Source of the DNA: Macrostomum lignano | Taxonomy: Eukaryota | DNA length: 64,000 nucleotides | Direction: 5' to 3' | Assembly: GCA_002269645.1 (NCBI GenBank) | Contig: NIVC01000969.1 | Span: 1 to 64,000, forward strand | Shown here: positions 49,701 to 61,299 of the stretch, piece after piece | Layout of the letters: the number at the start of each line of letters is the position of its first letter | Numbering within the stretch: the stretch's first letter is position 1 | Notes under the pieces: model-generated | Told to the model about the DNA's origin: nothing | What the model saw: the letters and a program-made list of their open reading frames with translations, nothing else | The model's database searches: none | Position numbers and translations under genes: made by a program

Positions 49701-52700
49701 CAGTTCCAAGCAAGCCAGAGTTTCTGCTACCGCCAATCACGGACTGGAAAGACGGCCACTCCGTCTCAGTTGCTGTCGACTCAACAACAGACAGCCCTGT
49801 TCCAACCAGCCACCGCTGCTTGCTGGAGACTCGAGACGGCAACAGAAGTCTCAACGCTACTCAAGTGAGTCTTGCTTTGGTTTTATGCCGTCGTGATGTC
49901 GGTTTCGAAAACAAAAACTTTGGCAAAATATTGAATGCGTTTCATCAAATGTCAAATATTTGACAAACGTCATGGGCTGCTGAAGTGATTCATTCGGTGT
50001 TCTAAGCATGAGCATGTTTACTTTCTTTGAATAAATACGAAATTTCTAAATTGCTACAAATTTCGAGTTCTCTTAAAACATTTCCTGTAGTAACTCTGAA
50101 TCAGTCCATGAGTGTGTGTACAGGACTATCCTTCTCGCATGGTAGAGACTTCTCAAATCGAAATTCCAGGTAACAAATAAAAGCAGTAAATTCGAGTTGG
50201 ATGTTGATAGACACTGGGGCAGCCCAGCATCTCTGGTCTGTTTGGTAAATCAATCTGGGCTGATCCAGACGTGGACTCGACATCGGCTACCGAAGGTGCT
50301 CTGTGAGTCTCTGATGCCATGACTTTCTTCACAAGCCTATTACTGCATTTGAAGATTAAATCACAATTGCATTTTCGAATTCAGACAAGGCCGAAGGGCT
50401 GGCCATCCGTATTTCGTCTGGAGACCTGGTGAGTGATGAAGAAGCCAGCTTCTCAGTGACTGCATCTGACTCAGGATACCCAGCGGCTCTGCACCAGTGC
50501 AGAATCGAGAGCAAGAGCCTCGGAGAAGACAAGGTATGAGGCTGATGTTATTGCTCATTCAGAGTTCCCAGCCAGCAGTTCAATGCTACAATTTCGGTTG
50601 ACCATTCCGCAGACTGCAGAGTCAGACGGCTCAACTCAGTGGAGATTCACGCCTCAGCGAGGGCACAACGGTGAAAGAATCAGATGCGATGTGGTGCAGA
50701 AACTGAGTGGCTCTTTGATATTCAGTCAGACTGTCAACAGCTCTAATCTGGATGTTAACTGTGAGGCTCATGCTTTAATCTGCTGCATGCTGTGATCCCG
50801 ATCGATACAGTAGGGCTGCTTGCACTTCAGACAAGGCAACTGTCACGTGGCCCAGAAATATCGCTCCGAAAAAGGAAGGAGAGACTCTGTCATTCGTTGT
50901 GCTCACAGACGGCAACCCAGAGCCCAGCAGTCAGTGCTGGCTGCAGCTGGTATCTGGCGCACAGGTGAGTCTTTGATTTGGGATGATGCTGGTATCTGGC
51001 TCACAGGTGAGTCTTTGATTTGGGATGATGCTGGTTTCTGGCTCACAGGTGAGTCTTTGATTTGGGATGATGCTGGTATCTGGCTCACAGGTGAGTCTTT
51101 GATTTGGGATGATGCTGGTTTCTGGCTCACAGGTGAGTCTTTGATTTGGGATGATGCTGGTATCTGGCTCACAGGTGAGTCTTTGATTTGGGAGTGATGC
51201 TGGTTTCTGGCTCACAGGTGAGTCTTTGATTTGGGATGATGCTGGTTTCTGGCTCACAGGTGAGTCTTTGATTTGGGATGATGCTGGTTTCTGGCTCACA
51301 GGTGAGTCTTTGATTTGGGATGATGCTGGTTTCTGGCTCACATGTGAGTCTTTGATTTGGGATGATGCTGGTTTCTGGCTCACAGGTGAGTCTTTGATTT
51401 GGGATGATGCTGGTTTCTGGCTCACAGGTGAGTATTTGATTTGGGAGTGATGCTGGTTTCTGGCGCACAGGTGAGTCTTTGATTTGGGAGTGATGCTGCT
51501 TTCTGGCTCACAGGTGAGTATTTGATTTGGGAGTGATGCTGGTTTCTGGCTCACAGGTGAGTATTTGATTTGGGAGTGATGCTGGTTTCTGGCTCACAGG
51601 TGAGTCTTTGATTTAAGAGTGATGCTGCTTTCTAGCTCACAGGTGAGTCCTTGATTTGGGATGATGCTGGTTTCTGGCTCACAGGTGAGTCTTTGATTTG
51701 GGAGTGATGCTGGTTTCTGGCTCACAGGTGAGTCTCTGATTTGGGAGTTATGCTGCAGTCTCGGTGTTTCATAATAATCACTATTCTCGTTCCAGGTAGA
51801 CCTGCATAAGCTGAAGCATTCCATGTTTGAAAGCACCTTCAACGTCACTGTTGATAGGTCAATGAACCGAGCCAATTTGAGCTGTGTTTTGACTCAACCT
51901 GGACTTCCATCCTCAACGGAGCAGAGCTTCACCCAATTGATCACAGTATTTTGTAAGTTTACAGTATTCATTTTCATAGGGTTCATAAAGAGGTATACAA
52001 TTTGTAAATGAGTGCGTATCATTTGAGCCAATGGAAACATTTCCTGTCGCTTCGGAGGCTCTGACTTGAAGCACTTCTTAACTCGTAGAGTGAAAAATAA
52101 TATCGACCCAATCATCCTACAGATCAGCCTCAGCCTCCACTCACCATCGACTTGGCTCAGACTGTCTACGAAGGCACCGACGTCACCTTCACGGTGCGGT
52201 CGGGCGCTGGAAACCCCAGCGTCACCCACAGATGCCACGTGTACAACGGAAAAGTTGTGAGCGCAATATTTGCTCATCAAATCACCTGAATTGCAGCTGT
52301 GATTTAACACAGAGTTGATCATTTCAGGAAGTTCAAAACAGCATGAAATTCGAGTCGGAGTACTTGACAATGGTGAACTATGCACCCAACAGTCATGACA
52401 CATTTGTGAGCTGCACGGCCGAGCAGATGCACCGCTCTGATGTTGTGTTCACCAGCAGCATCAGAAGGAACATCACCGTTAATTGTGAGAAGTCAAATGC
52501 TATTTTATTAGCATGCAGCCTGGCATTTACTTGAAAACCGGAGTATCCACTTTAACTTCAGACCTTGCGCACAACTCCATGGGCATCAGTCCGACAGACG
52601 GAGTTCTTGCTGGAGATCGAGTCGAAGTGACACTCAGATCTGATGGTGGCCGGCCTGCCGTCACGCGGCATGAGTGTTCGCTTGGAGACTCTGAGCTGAC

Positions 52701-55522
52701 TAAGGAAAACGTATGCTTTTTCATCACCTGAGTGCTTTTGAATTGACTGTAAACCTTCTTCAGGCATCCTAAATGATCAATTTGAGAATTTTTCTACAGG
52801 TAACAAGGCGTCCCACCGAAGTGAAGTTCACGTTTCGTGCATCGAAAGAACACCACGGCAAGGTGCTCGCCTGCAAATTCGCACAGGATGAGCGACTGAT
52901 TGAGTGGAAGAAAACCAATCTCAGCATTTTCTGTAGGAGAAAATGAACCAATATTTTTCACGTTTTTTCGCTTTTTGTTTGCAAATGCATGTACACTTCA
53001 CATTCACTTTTCGTACCTTTAGACAAAGCGGCTGTCGACTCTGAGGTGCAAACCTTAAAGAGAAAAGTCAGGTGGAACACGACAGTCCAGTTCAGCATCT
53101 CCTACTCTGATGTGGGAAACCCGTCCGCCAAGCATTTCTGCCGCATCGGCTCTCGGCCACTCACCGATGCTGAGGTGCGAAAATACTGACCCACATTTTT
53201 GTCTGCTGTATGTAAGGGACTGGGTAGTTGATATTGTAATGGGAAACATCTGGTCAAAATACATTTCAGTCAGTTTCAACATTACAATCGCTTTGGAAGT
53301 TCAAGGCTCAAGTCGGGGACAACGGTCAGAAGATCGTCTGCCAGGTGGTGCAAAATGATCAGCATGGTGGCCGGGTCTTTAACCAAACAGTTGCCAGCCA
53401 GACTCTGGATGTGCTCTGTAAGGATTTTGTTTATGTGCTGTATTCATTTCTTCGATAGAGCTATTTATATTTATTCCAATATATTGAACCACTTTGACTG
53501 TCACAACATTCTTTTCTTAATCTCTATCTTTTCAGACCCAGTCAGCTACTCAGGATTTCTATCCCAGCCACCGTCGGTGACGGAGGGCGATCATTTGGTT
53601 ATTTCTTTCTTTTCAACTGGAGGAAACCCCGAGCCTCGTCACCAATGCTGGTTGCAGACACCTGCAGGTCGAATGGACGCAGTCGCTCTAACAGAGCCGA
53701 GGACACTTGTGGACCTCTTGACGAACTTCAGTGTGACTTCCGTAAAGCAGATGAATGGAGGATCTGTGTCTTGCCGCGTCCGTCAGAAGGGCCTCGAGGA
53801 CCTGGACAAGGAGTTCTCCCACAAAATTAATGTTTTCTGTGAGTTCTCTGTCGCGACTGCTGCAACTTTTATATCAATACAAAATCTAATAAAAAAACGT
53901 TCGTTTTTCCGTTCCAGTCCGATCGGAGGTGGACCTGACCGGCTCAAGGATTTCAAACTCCACAGTGCTCGTCAGCGTCAATGTGACGGACGGAAACCCG
54001 ACACCGCTGGTGAACTGCTCGCTGCTCTCGAGCTCTGGAACTCGATATGTGGGTTCTCAGTGTGCACAGTTGCTCCGCTTCTATTTGCATTGAGTAGCTT
54101 TAATGCAGCCGAACCCGTCATTTTAGGAGCTGTCCAGGAATGACTCGACATTGCTGAAAGTCGGACTGCATGAGATGAAAGTCGATCTGCTTTCAAGAGA
54201 GCAGCCTCAGTCAGCCAACGTCACCTGTTCTGTGAAGCAAGACTATGCGGGTTTCAAAAACAGCAGCCTTGTCTTCTTGGCACTCAAAGCTGACGAGAGG
54301 TTTCAAGCTAGCGACCAAGAAAGTGAGCCGATCTCAGCTGCTCGTATTGGTTTTTTCAGCTAGCATGACTTTTTCTGATATTGAAATGTATAAGTGCATT
54401 ATTTCACGGATTTCTCGTATTAAATAGTGCGTTGTCTCACACCGCCAAAAGCAGGAGGGTCGGTAGGCGGCGCTGTCGGCGCCACATTCGGAACGCTGTT
54501 GGCCGTGGGACTGGTCGGGGCCGCAATCCTGCTGCTGCTGAGAGCTCGGCGACTCAGGGCAACTGACGGGCCCGACAATCGCAGCGGCTACTCCAACGGT
54601 AGAAGAGGAGCCAGTGGAGCTGCTCGAACGGAACGAGAAAAGCAACAGCCTAGAAAAAAGCAGACCGAAGATCCCACAGAGACTGAGCTGCAGTTCATGG
54701 ACAAGCACTATCTGTATCCGGTGAGATGAGCATCATTGGACTTTTAATTAACAGATTCCTGATCCAACTTGGAACAATTTGTGTCTTTGAGCAAGACACT
54801 TAACTCTGCATTGCTTCAGTTCACCCAGCTGTAAAATGGGTGCCAGTATTAGCTGGGGTAATTGAGGGTGTATGGCGACCCAGAGTTCTTGGGCTGAACA
54901 GCCGTACGCAGCCTTCAGATGCGCCGCACAATAGCTCGGCGCAATAGGTTGCACGTCTGGCCCCCTGGGTTAGGTGTAATAAATTATTATTATTATTATA
55001 CATCTGAAGCATCTCCCTAGCAATATCTGCAGCCTCTCTTTAGCAACATCTGCAGCATCTCCCCAGCAACATCTGCAGCCTCTCTCTAGCAACATCTGCA
55101 GCCTCTCTCTAGCAACATCTGCAGCATCTCCCTAGCAGCATCTCCAGCATCTCCCTAGCAACATTTGCAGCGTCTCCCTAGCAGCATCTCCAGCATCTTC
55201 CTAGCAAAATGTGCAGCATTTCCGTAGCAACATCTGTAGCATCTCCTTAGCAACATCTGCAGCATCTCCCTAGCAGCATCTGTAGCATCTCCCTAGCGAA
55301 ATCTGCAACGTACCTATTAGCTGTAACCAACACCTACCAGTATTCAAAAACTTGATACCATTGCAGAAGCCCCGCATGGAGTACGCTACGGTTGTCAAGG
55401 GCAAACTAATGGAAGAGACCAGCCTAGCCGACAGCACAGAGACAATCTACCTGACCATCGTGGGCTGCACACAGCCTGAGGATGACAAGGCGCCCACAAT
55501 GCAGAAATCTAAGGTCAACTGA
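46792..55522 (+). CDS. Copy D: same ectodomain with an unrelated TM and an ITIM-like/ITSM-bearing tail (putative inhibitory receptor)
   Basis: Exons 1-23 parallel B and C (46792-46849, 46929-47150, ... ending 54322). Then a TM exon ~54428-54720 (AVGATFGTLLAVGLVGAAILLLL-RARR; acceptor position uncertain) and last exon 55367-55522 (KPRMEYATVVKGKLMEETSLADSTETIYLTIVGCTQPEDDKAPTMQKSKVN*). AATAAA at 55763. Confidence 0.85.
47445..47755. repeat. (ATAGGTGCAA)n repeat, copy D
   Basis: Direct reading; includes ATCGGTGCAA variants. Confidence 0.95.
48538..48897. repeat. ~29-bp minisatellite, copy D
   Basis: Direct reading. Confidence 0.95.
50946..51757 (+). repeat. 42/43-bp splice-donor minisatellite, copy D (about 19 units)
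   Basis: Same unit; first donor at 50965. Confidence 0.95.
54755..55002 (+). mobile_element. CORE/MIR-type SINE copy 3 in the last intron of copy D
   Basis: Reverse complement of copies 1 and 2; ends in an (ATT)n tail. Confidence 0.7.
55005..55310. repeat. ~22-bp degenerate minisatellite (GCAGCATCTCCCTAGCAACATCT)n
   Basis: Direct reading, in the last intron of D. Confidence 0.85.
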
Positions 55523-55762
55523 ACCTTCTCGAATTGAAAAACGACTGTTTTACGTTTCAGCTTTTTAATTTTGAATATTACAAGGGTTAGACTGTAGAGG
55601 TATGTCTAATTCTTGTCAACAATACAATTTACTGTTTGACAAGTCGCTAAACAAATTCTGTTTGTACTTTTGCTTAGACTTTAAAGCGTTACAATAATAG
55701 CCCTGTTATGAAGCTTTATACCTGTCTCGTATCCAAGACGTGCATCAGCAAAATTCTGCATG

Positions 55763-55768
55763 AATAAA
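55763..55768 (+). terminator. Putative polyadenylation signal of copy D
   Basis: First AATAAA I found after the stop at 55522. Confidence 0.5.
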
Positions 55769-56109
55769 TTAATTAACTCTGCGAGAATGCAGTAAATATA
55801 GATGTAGGAGGGTACATTATATACTAATTCAGAATGTACTAAATGTACTATATATAAGTCTAGCTTATTTATTTAGCTTATGTAGTTTCCATGTACATGA
55901 AAGTTTTGACTCTGAAGTAAGTTTGTGAAATAGCAATTTCAATTTACTTTAGAATCTACGAGTATTTTATTCCTGTAAATTTTGTTCCTCGTTATCAACT
56001 GTACAATATGTAATTTCCCTGTGTGCTTATTAATTCGTATAATATAGTTTCAAGATTTTCTTATACAGAAAAAATCCCTCAAATTTGGAAGTTTAATAAC
56101 CGGCGGTGT

Positions 56110-56330
56110 TTCAGAAGACCTAAATTTCAGAAGATCTGAATTTCATAAGACCTAAATTTCATAAGACCTAAATTTTAGAAGACCTAATTTCATTAGACCT
56201 AAATCTCGAAAGACCTAAATTTCGAAAGACTTAAATTTCAAGACCTAAATTTCATTAGGCCTAAAGTTCACATCGTGAAAAGTGGAGGCTGATAACTTGG
56301 TGACAAGAAATTTAGGTTTTCTGAAAATTT
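56110..56330. repeat. Degenerate (AAGACCTAAATTTC)-type repeats with one inverted copy
   Basis: About 9 direct units at 56110-56270; reverse-complement unit at ~56308-56330. Confidence 0.7.
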
Positions 56331-57387
56331 GACGTTCTGATGTGGCGTTTGACGAATTTTATTTTTAACGATGTGAAATGTTGGGGTCCTATGAATTTAT
56401 GAAAGTATCTAAAAAACGGCTACTACTCGTAAAATACCCGCTACAGTTAAATAAATCGCCCACACTGTGAAGTTGAACGCAGATTTGTTTTACTGCGAGA
56501 TTGGTTGCCACCGATAGACAAGCCCTCGCTTCGGTTTCCGCTGCTATCCGTTGATTCAATAATTAAAAACGAGAATTTAGCTGCCGGCACAAACATTTGA
56601 GACACTGCATGGTTTGCCTCGACCAAAAATGCACCGAGTATATTGTGAGCGATGCATATCAGCAGCCATGCAATTCAACTAAGAACTGTACAGTGTACAT
56701 TAGGAAAATGCTGCAATTGCAGAGAGACTGACTGCGTTTTGGTATATACAATTGATAAGCATCAATTCAGTTGTACATAGTAACCATAAAGATCAGGATG
56801 GGCCGAAAGCCCACGCAGCTATACTGTAGTTGCATCAGCGCATACTGTTTGAAATTTGGCAAAATTTAAACATTTACAAGCAACTATAACGTACATGAAA
56901 GTTGAAGCTTAAATTATCATTGATGTCAGCGCGCGAATGCAAAGATGCAGCGAAAAATCTGTGAAAGCATACACAAATATATTTTTGGGGGATGACCCTC
57001 TAGAAGTTACGGCTATCAACAAGTATAGTTTATCTTATCTTCAGGGCTTACACAGCAGGTATTTGTTTAATTGGGAGGTTGCAAGTTTAAATTTGTGTTT
57101 TCTTAAATGGATTTTTGTCTTTTTTTGCGTTCGTCGGTGAACTCATGAAAAGCCACCTTGCACCAAACACGATTGCTCTGGCTTCATGCAAGAAGGCGTC
57201 CTTTAATAAGTGTGGGCCAAAAACGAAAGGTTCCCTATCTCACTAATGCATTTTAATGCGACATTGAGCCCTCAAAATGAGCTGTCAAAAAAGAACGTCA
57301 GCGTTACGTTCTGATAAAATTGGGCAATTTCCAGTGGTTCTTGGGCCAAAAATTCGAACTAAAGACCGAACTAACATATCAGCAAGC

Positions 57388-60115
57388 CTATAGTGAAGCA
57401 TTTCCTGAGCAGCGACTCAAAAGCCGCTTGCTGCTTGGCCTCTTCGGCCGGGTCGTTCGCAGGCTTGATTGCCTCGGCCGCCGCTGACTGCGGACCACCG
57501 ACACCCGGCGGCGGCGTAGACGGCCGCGGCCCGTTGACGCCGACGCTTCCGGGGACGCGCGACAGCGCCTCGGCGACAGGAGAGCGGCGGTGAAGAAAGC
57601 CGGAGGCAGCAGGCTCTCCATCAGAGTCTGGACACCCCGAGCATCGCCAGCGACTGTCAATATTTGAGAGCGAGCGTTGATTGAGCTTGAATCATTTTTA
57701 ATATTTTTGGAATGATTTTTTGTGTCTTAGAAAAGTATTAAGTATGGTTACTATCGATTTTTAAGAATTTTATTACAGGGACTACTCAAAAATGGTTTGA
57801 GCACTATTTTTACCAGGTAGTCTCTGGGGTTTGAAATGCATTTAAGCTTAAAGGATCTTAAACGCTTTGATATAAAAGATTTCTTTACATCCATATACTA
57901 AAAATGGTCTATTGGTAGGTAGGTAGGTATCTATCTAGGTATGTGATCGATTTTAGCAAAATTTTAACTATTTTCAAAACGTTTTAAATGATTTAGTAGG
58001 TGTATCGAACATTTAAAGATTGTTGTATCGAATATTTAGAAAGTTTTTTATTAATTTTATAAACTCGCAAAATTAAATCACGAAAACTTAAATTTAGGTT
58101 AATTTTTCATTAAATTTACATACAAATTTACAGTTGTTGTCCATATTTGAGCCTCAATCTATAATTATAAACAGCAAGCAGACCTTAGTTTAAATTTAAT
58201 ATATATATATTATTTTAAAATTACACATCATAGCAAATAGTACTGGCGTTTTTTACACGGTAACTACAATAAATACTGATTGTATATACTGTAGTATTTA
58301 TAGCAATGGTCCAGCTACATTTGAAGGACCACAAATCCATTCTTTTGAAGGCGTATGAGTTGCATTCGCCATTCTCGTTCGTTTCTTTTGAAGCAACCTT
58401 CGTACTTTACATTATTAAAAGTACGAGCTAATAACAAACGCTAAGCTATAATTGCACATAAATTACGCCTAAACTCCATCTACCGACTTTAGTTAGTTTA
58501 AATTTAAATTCATTATGAAAATAAGAGATACAGGAACAAATATTGAGTAGTCCCTGATGAGGTAACTATTTACAAGGTATTTATTTCAGTTACCGTGACA
58601 CTCAAACTCGGAATACCAAAAATATATAGTTACGTAAGAGCCCTCCCTGGGCTGATGCGCAGGGCTTTAATTTGCCCAAACTTATCAACGTGAACATGAA
58701 CGTATTTATTTCAGTTACCGTGTAAATAACGACTGCCAGTAGCTTTAGCTACCTTCCGGTTTTACCATAAATTAGTCCTATTAATTCACATTGTTGCTGA
58801 CTGAGACATTTACCTATCTGCCAAGCTGTGATTAAATTAGTCACATGTTTATGACCGGCATAAATTGCTGTTAAATTTAGGATGCATCTGTAACTATCTA
58901 AAGCTGTGCAGTCATTTACAGTCTAAATGTACACTAAAAATAATATACATTTTCTGCTTACATGGAAACATTCGCGTCAGCAGCTCCCGATGCAGCTGGT
59001 CAATGTACGCAGCCGCCTGTTGCACTACTTTCATCTGTAAGGTGGTAGAGAGAGAGAGAGAGAAGTTTAGCGTGAAAGAAAATTATGTAGCCATCTTTAC
59101 TATACTACTATCAATAGACAGTTTAGAGATTATTAATTGCATTACTTGTATATAATTATAAAGGATAGTAACTTCTTAGCAGTCCACTGAGTCCCATTCG
59201 GGTGTCTAAAGTGGGTACTGAAGTAGTTGCTCGTGGCCCCATGAGGTAACTGGGTATCTAGAGTGGGTAGTTGCTCGTGGCCCCATGAGGTAACTGGGTA
59301 TCTAGAGTGGGTAGTTGCTCGTGGCCCCATGAGGTAACTGGGTATCTAGAGTGGGTAGTTGCTCGTGGCCCCATGAGGTAACTGGGTTATCTAGAGTGGG
59401 TAGTTGCTCGCGGCCCCATGAGGTAACTGGGTATCTAGAGTGGGTAGTTGCTCGCGGCCCCATGAGGTATGGAGGTATCTGGGTATCTAGAGTGGGTAGT
59501 TGCTCGCGGCATTATGAGGTATGGAGGTATCTGGGTATCTAGAGTGGGTAGTTGCTCGCGGCATTATGAGGTATGGAGGTATCTGGGTATCTAGAGTGGG
59601 TAGTTGCTCGTGGCCCCATGAGGTACCTTGGTATCTAGAGTTAGGTAGTTGCTCGCGGCCCTATGAGGTACCTTGGTATCTAGAGTGGGTAGTTGCTCGC
59701 GGCCCTATGAGGTACCTGGGTATCTAGAGTTGGGTAGTTGCTCGCGGCCCCATGAGGTATCTGGGTATCTAGAGTTGGTCGTGGGAATATACTGACGGCC
59801 CATTGAAGTATCTGGGCATCTAAATCTTATGGCGCTAGGTGAAGCATTAACACACAAAAGTAATTATTTTGGCCCAGGTAAGCTGGTAGGAAAACGGTTG
59901 TTGGCAACATAGATAATCTTGTAGAATCCAGCTAAATAGCTTGAATATAACGGTACACGTCTTCCACAGCCCAGTGGAACTCTCACCTGTCCTGTCTCCG
60001 ATGCCAGCGGCCCGTCAGCCGAGACTTCGGCGGCACCAGGCAGCACCCGGAGCAGCCGACGGCACTCGCGCACCTCCTCCAGTTGGCGAGACCGAAGCTG
60101 CAGCTGCTGCGTCAT
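57388..60115 (-). CDS. Three-exon helix-loop-helix protein lacking an obvious basic region (Id/emc-like), about 155 aa
   Basis: Exon 1 60115-59987 (MTQQLQLRSRQLEEVRECRRLLRVLPGA..., donor CAG|GTGAGA). Exon 2 59034-58962 (MKVVQQAAAYIDQLHRELLTRMFP, long (CT)n acceptor, donor GTAAGC). Exon 3 57653-57388, in compatible phase. ECRRLLRVLP...KVVQQAAAYIDQL fits the HLH helix1/helix2 pattern. Confidence 0.7.
58247..58731. mobile_element. Probable MITE in intron 2 of the HLH gene
   Basis: ~31-bp imperfect inverted repeats CGTTTTTTACACGGTAACT... (58247) and ...AGTTACCGTGTAAATAACG (58731); TSD not clean. Confidence 0.5.
59215..59780. repeat. ~38-50-bp minisatellite (GGGTATCTAGAGTGGGTAGTTGCTCGYGGCCCCATGAGGTA..) in HLH intron 1
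   Basis: Direct reading. Confidence 0.9.
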
Positions 60116-60199
60116 GACTTGTTGAACTGGATGATGCTGGGCCTGAGTCTGAGTCTCTGCGAGTTTCCTTTGCTTTCTGAGTCTCAGTCACTGCTTGTA

Positions 60200-60237
60200 T
60201 TTATAGCTATACTCAAGCGGGGCTCACGTTCAATTGG
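60200..60237 (-). promoter_or_regulatory. TATA box and CCAAT box of the HLH gene
   Basis: TATAAA on the minus strand at 60200-60205 and CCAAT at 60233-60237, 85-120 bp upstream of the ATG at 60115. Confidence 0.55.
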
Positions 60238-60569
60238 TTGCTGCGGGTTTCTGTGCGCCCGACAGCTGGGGGGGGGGGGCTTGAGTCCGAATTTTCGCTC
60301 GCTTCTAGGCTGGGGTGGAGAGGGGAGCCGTCACCTGCCGGGCCCCGGGGACCCCCACCTCCACGTTCCTCGGTTCCCATGGCCTCCACCCCTAAGCCAG
60401 ACCATGATATCGGAGAGGGGAGGCGGTAACTGTGTGGGGGTGGGACACCTACCTATGGAATTGCCTCATTCTCATTGGGCAGGGAGCCCGCAAGCTAGAA
60501 GTCTGGAGAGAGGGGGGGGCATCGCAAACCCGAAAAAGCTTCGAAAGTGCTAGCAACGCGCCCAACGCT

Positions 60570-60875
60570 TTGGATTTCGGAGTTATGTTATTTCGGGTTT
60601 TTTATGGGAAGTGATGTCGGAGTTATGTTATTTCGGGTTTTTGATGGGAGCGATTTCGGAGTTGTGATATTTCGGGTTTTTGATGGGAGCGATTTCGGAG
60701 TTGTGATATTTCGGGTTTTTTATTGGAGCCATTTCGGAGTTGGGATATTTCGGGTTTTTGATGGGAGCGATTTCGGAGTTGTGATATTTCGGGTTTTTGA
60801 TGGGAGCGATTTCGGAGTTGAGATATTTCGGGTTTTTGATGGGAGCGATTTCGGAGTTGTGATATTTCGGGTTGC
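60570..60875. repeat. 39-bp minisatellite (ATTTCGGAGTTGTGATATTTCGGGTTTTTGATGGGAGCG)n
   Basis: Direct reading, about 7 units. Confidence 0.9.
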
Positions 60876-60965
60876 ACCCGAACAGACCACACATTGCAAC
60901 TAAAAAACAAAATCGGAACTCCTGAACTCAAAAACAAAAATTGGAAAATTGGAAAACAGTTGGAA

Positions 60966-61079
60966 AATTTATGTATCTTAATTTATGTATCTTAATTTAT
61001 GTATCTTAATTTATGTATCTTAATTTATGTATCTTAATTTATGTATCTTAATTTATGTATCTTAATTTATGTATCTTAA
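60966..61079. repeat. (AATTTATGTATCTT)n 14-bp tandem repeat
   Basis: About 8 perfect units. Confidence 0.95.
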
Positions 61080-61299
61080 CCGGATGCACATCTAGCTCCT
61101 ATTAGCTATGAAATTACTTTCAGACCTTTCTAATCCGAAGTTTAAGTTTTCTTTGACTGTGACAGAAATTTGCAGAAGAAATTAGATAAAGGAAGGGAGT
61201 AAACAGTCCAGATATTCTCTCTGTCGGTGGGCGGCGGCATTAGGAGTAAGGAGAGTAGGGGAGTAGGACGACCTCGGGTCTATTTGAGACAAGGGGGTG

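Noticed and set aside
19675-55522. Dscam-like mutually exclusive exon cassettes
   Set aside because: The repeats are whole genes, each with its own signal exon and TM, not alternative exon arrays.
58550-58600. Hammerhead-ribozyme-like CTGATGA followed by a GGTAACT/AGTTACC stem
   Set aside because: The required GAAA after stem II is absent (GTGA), and the stem derives from MITE subterminal repeats.
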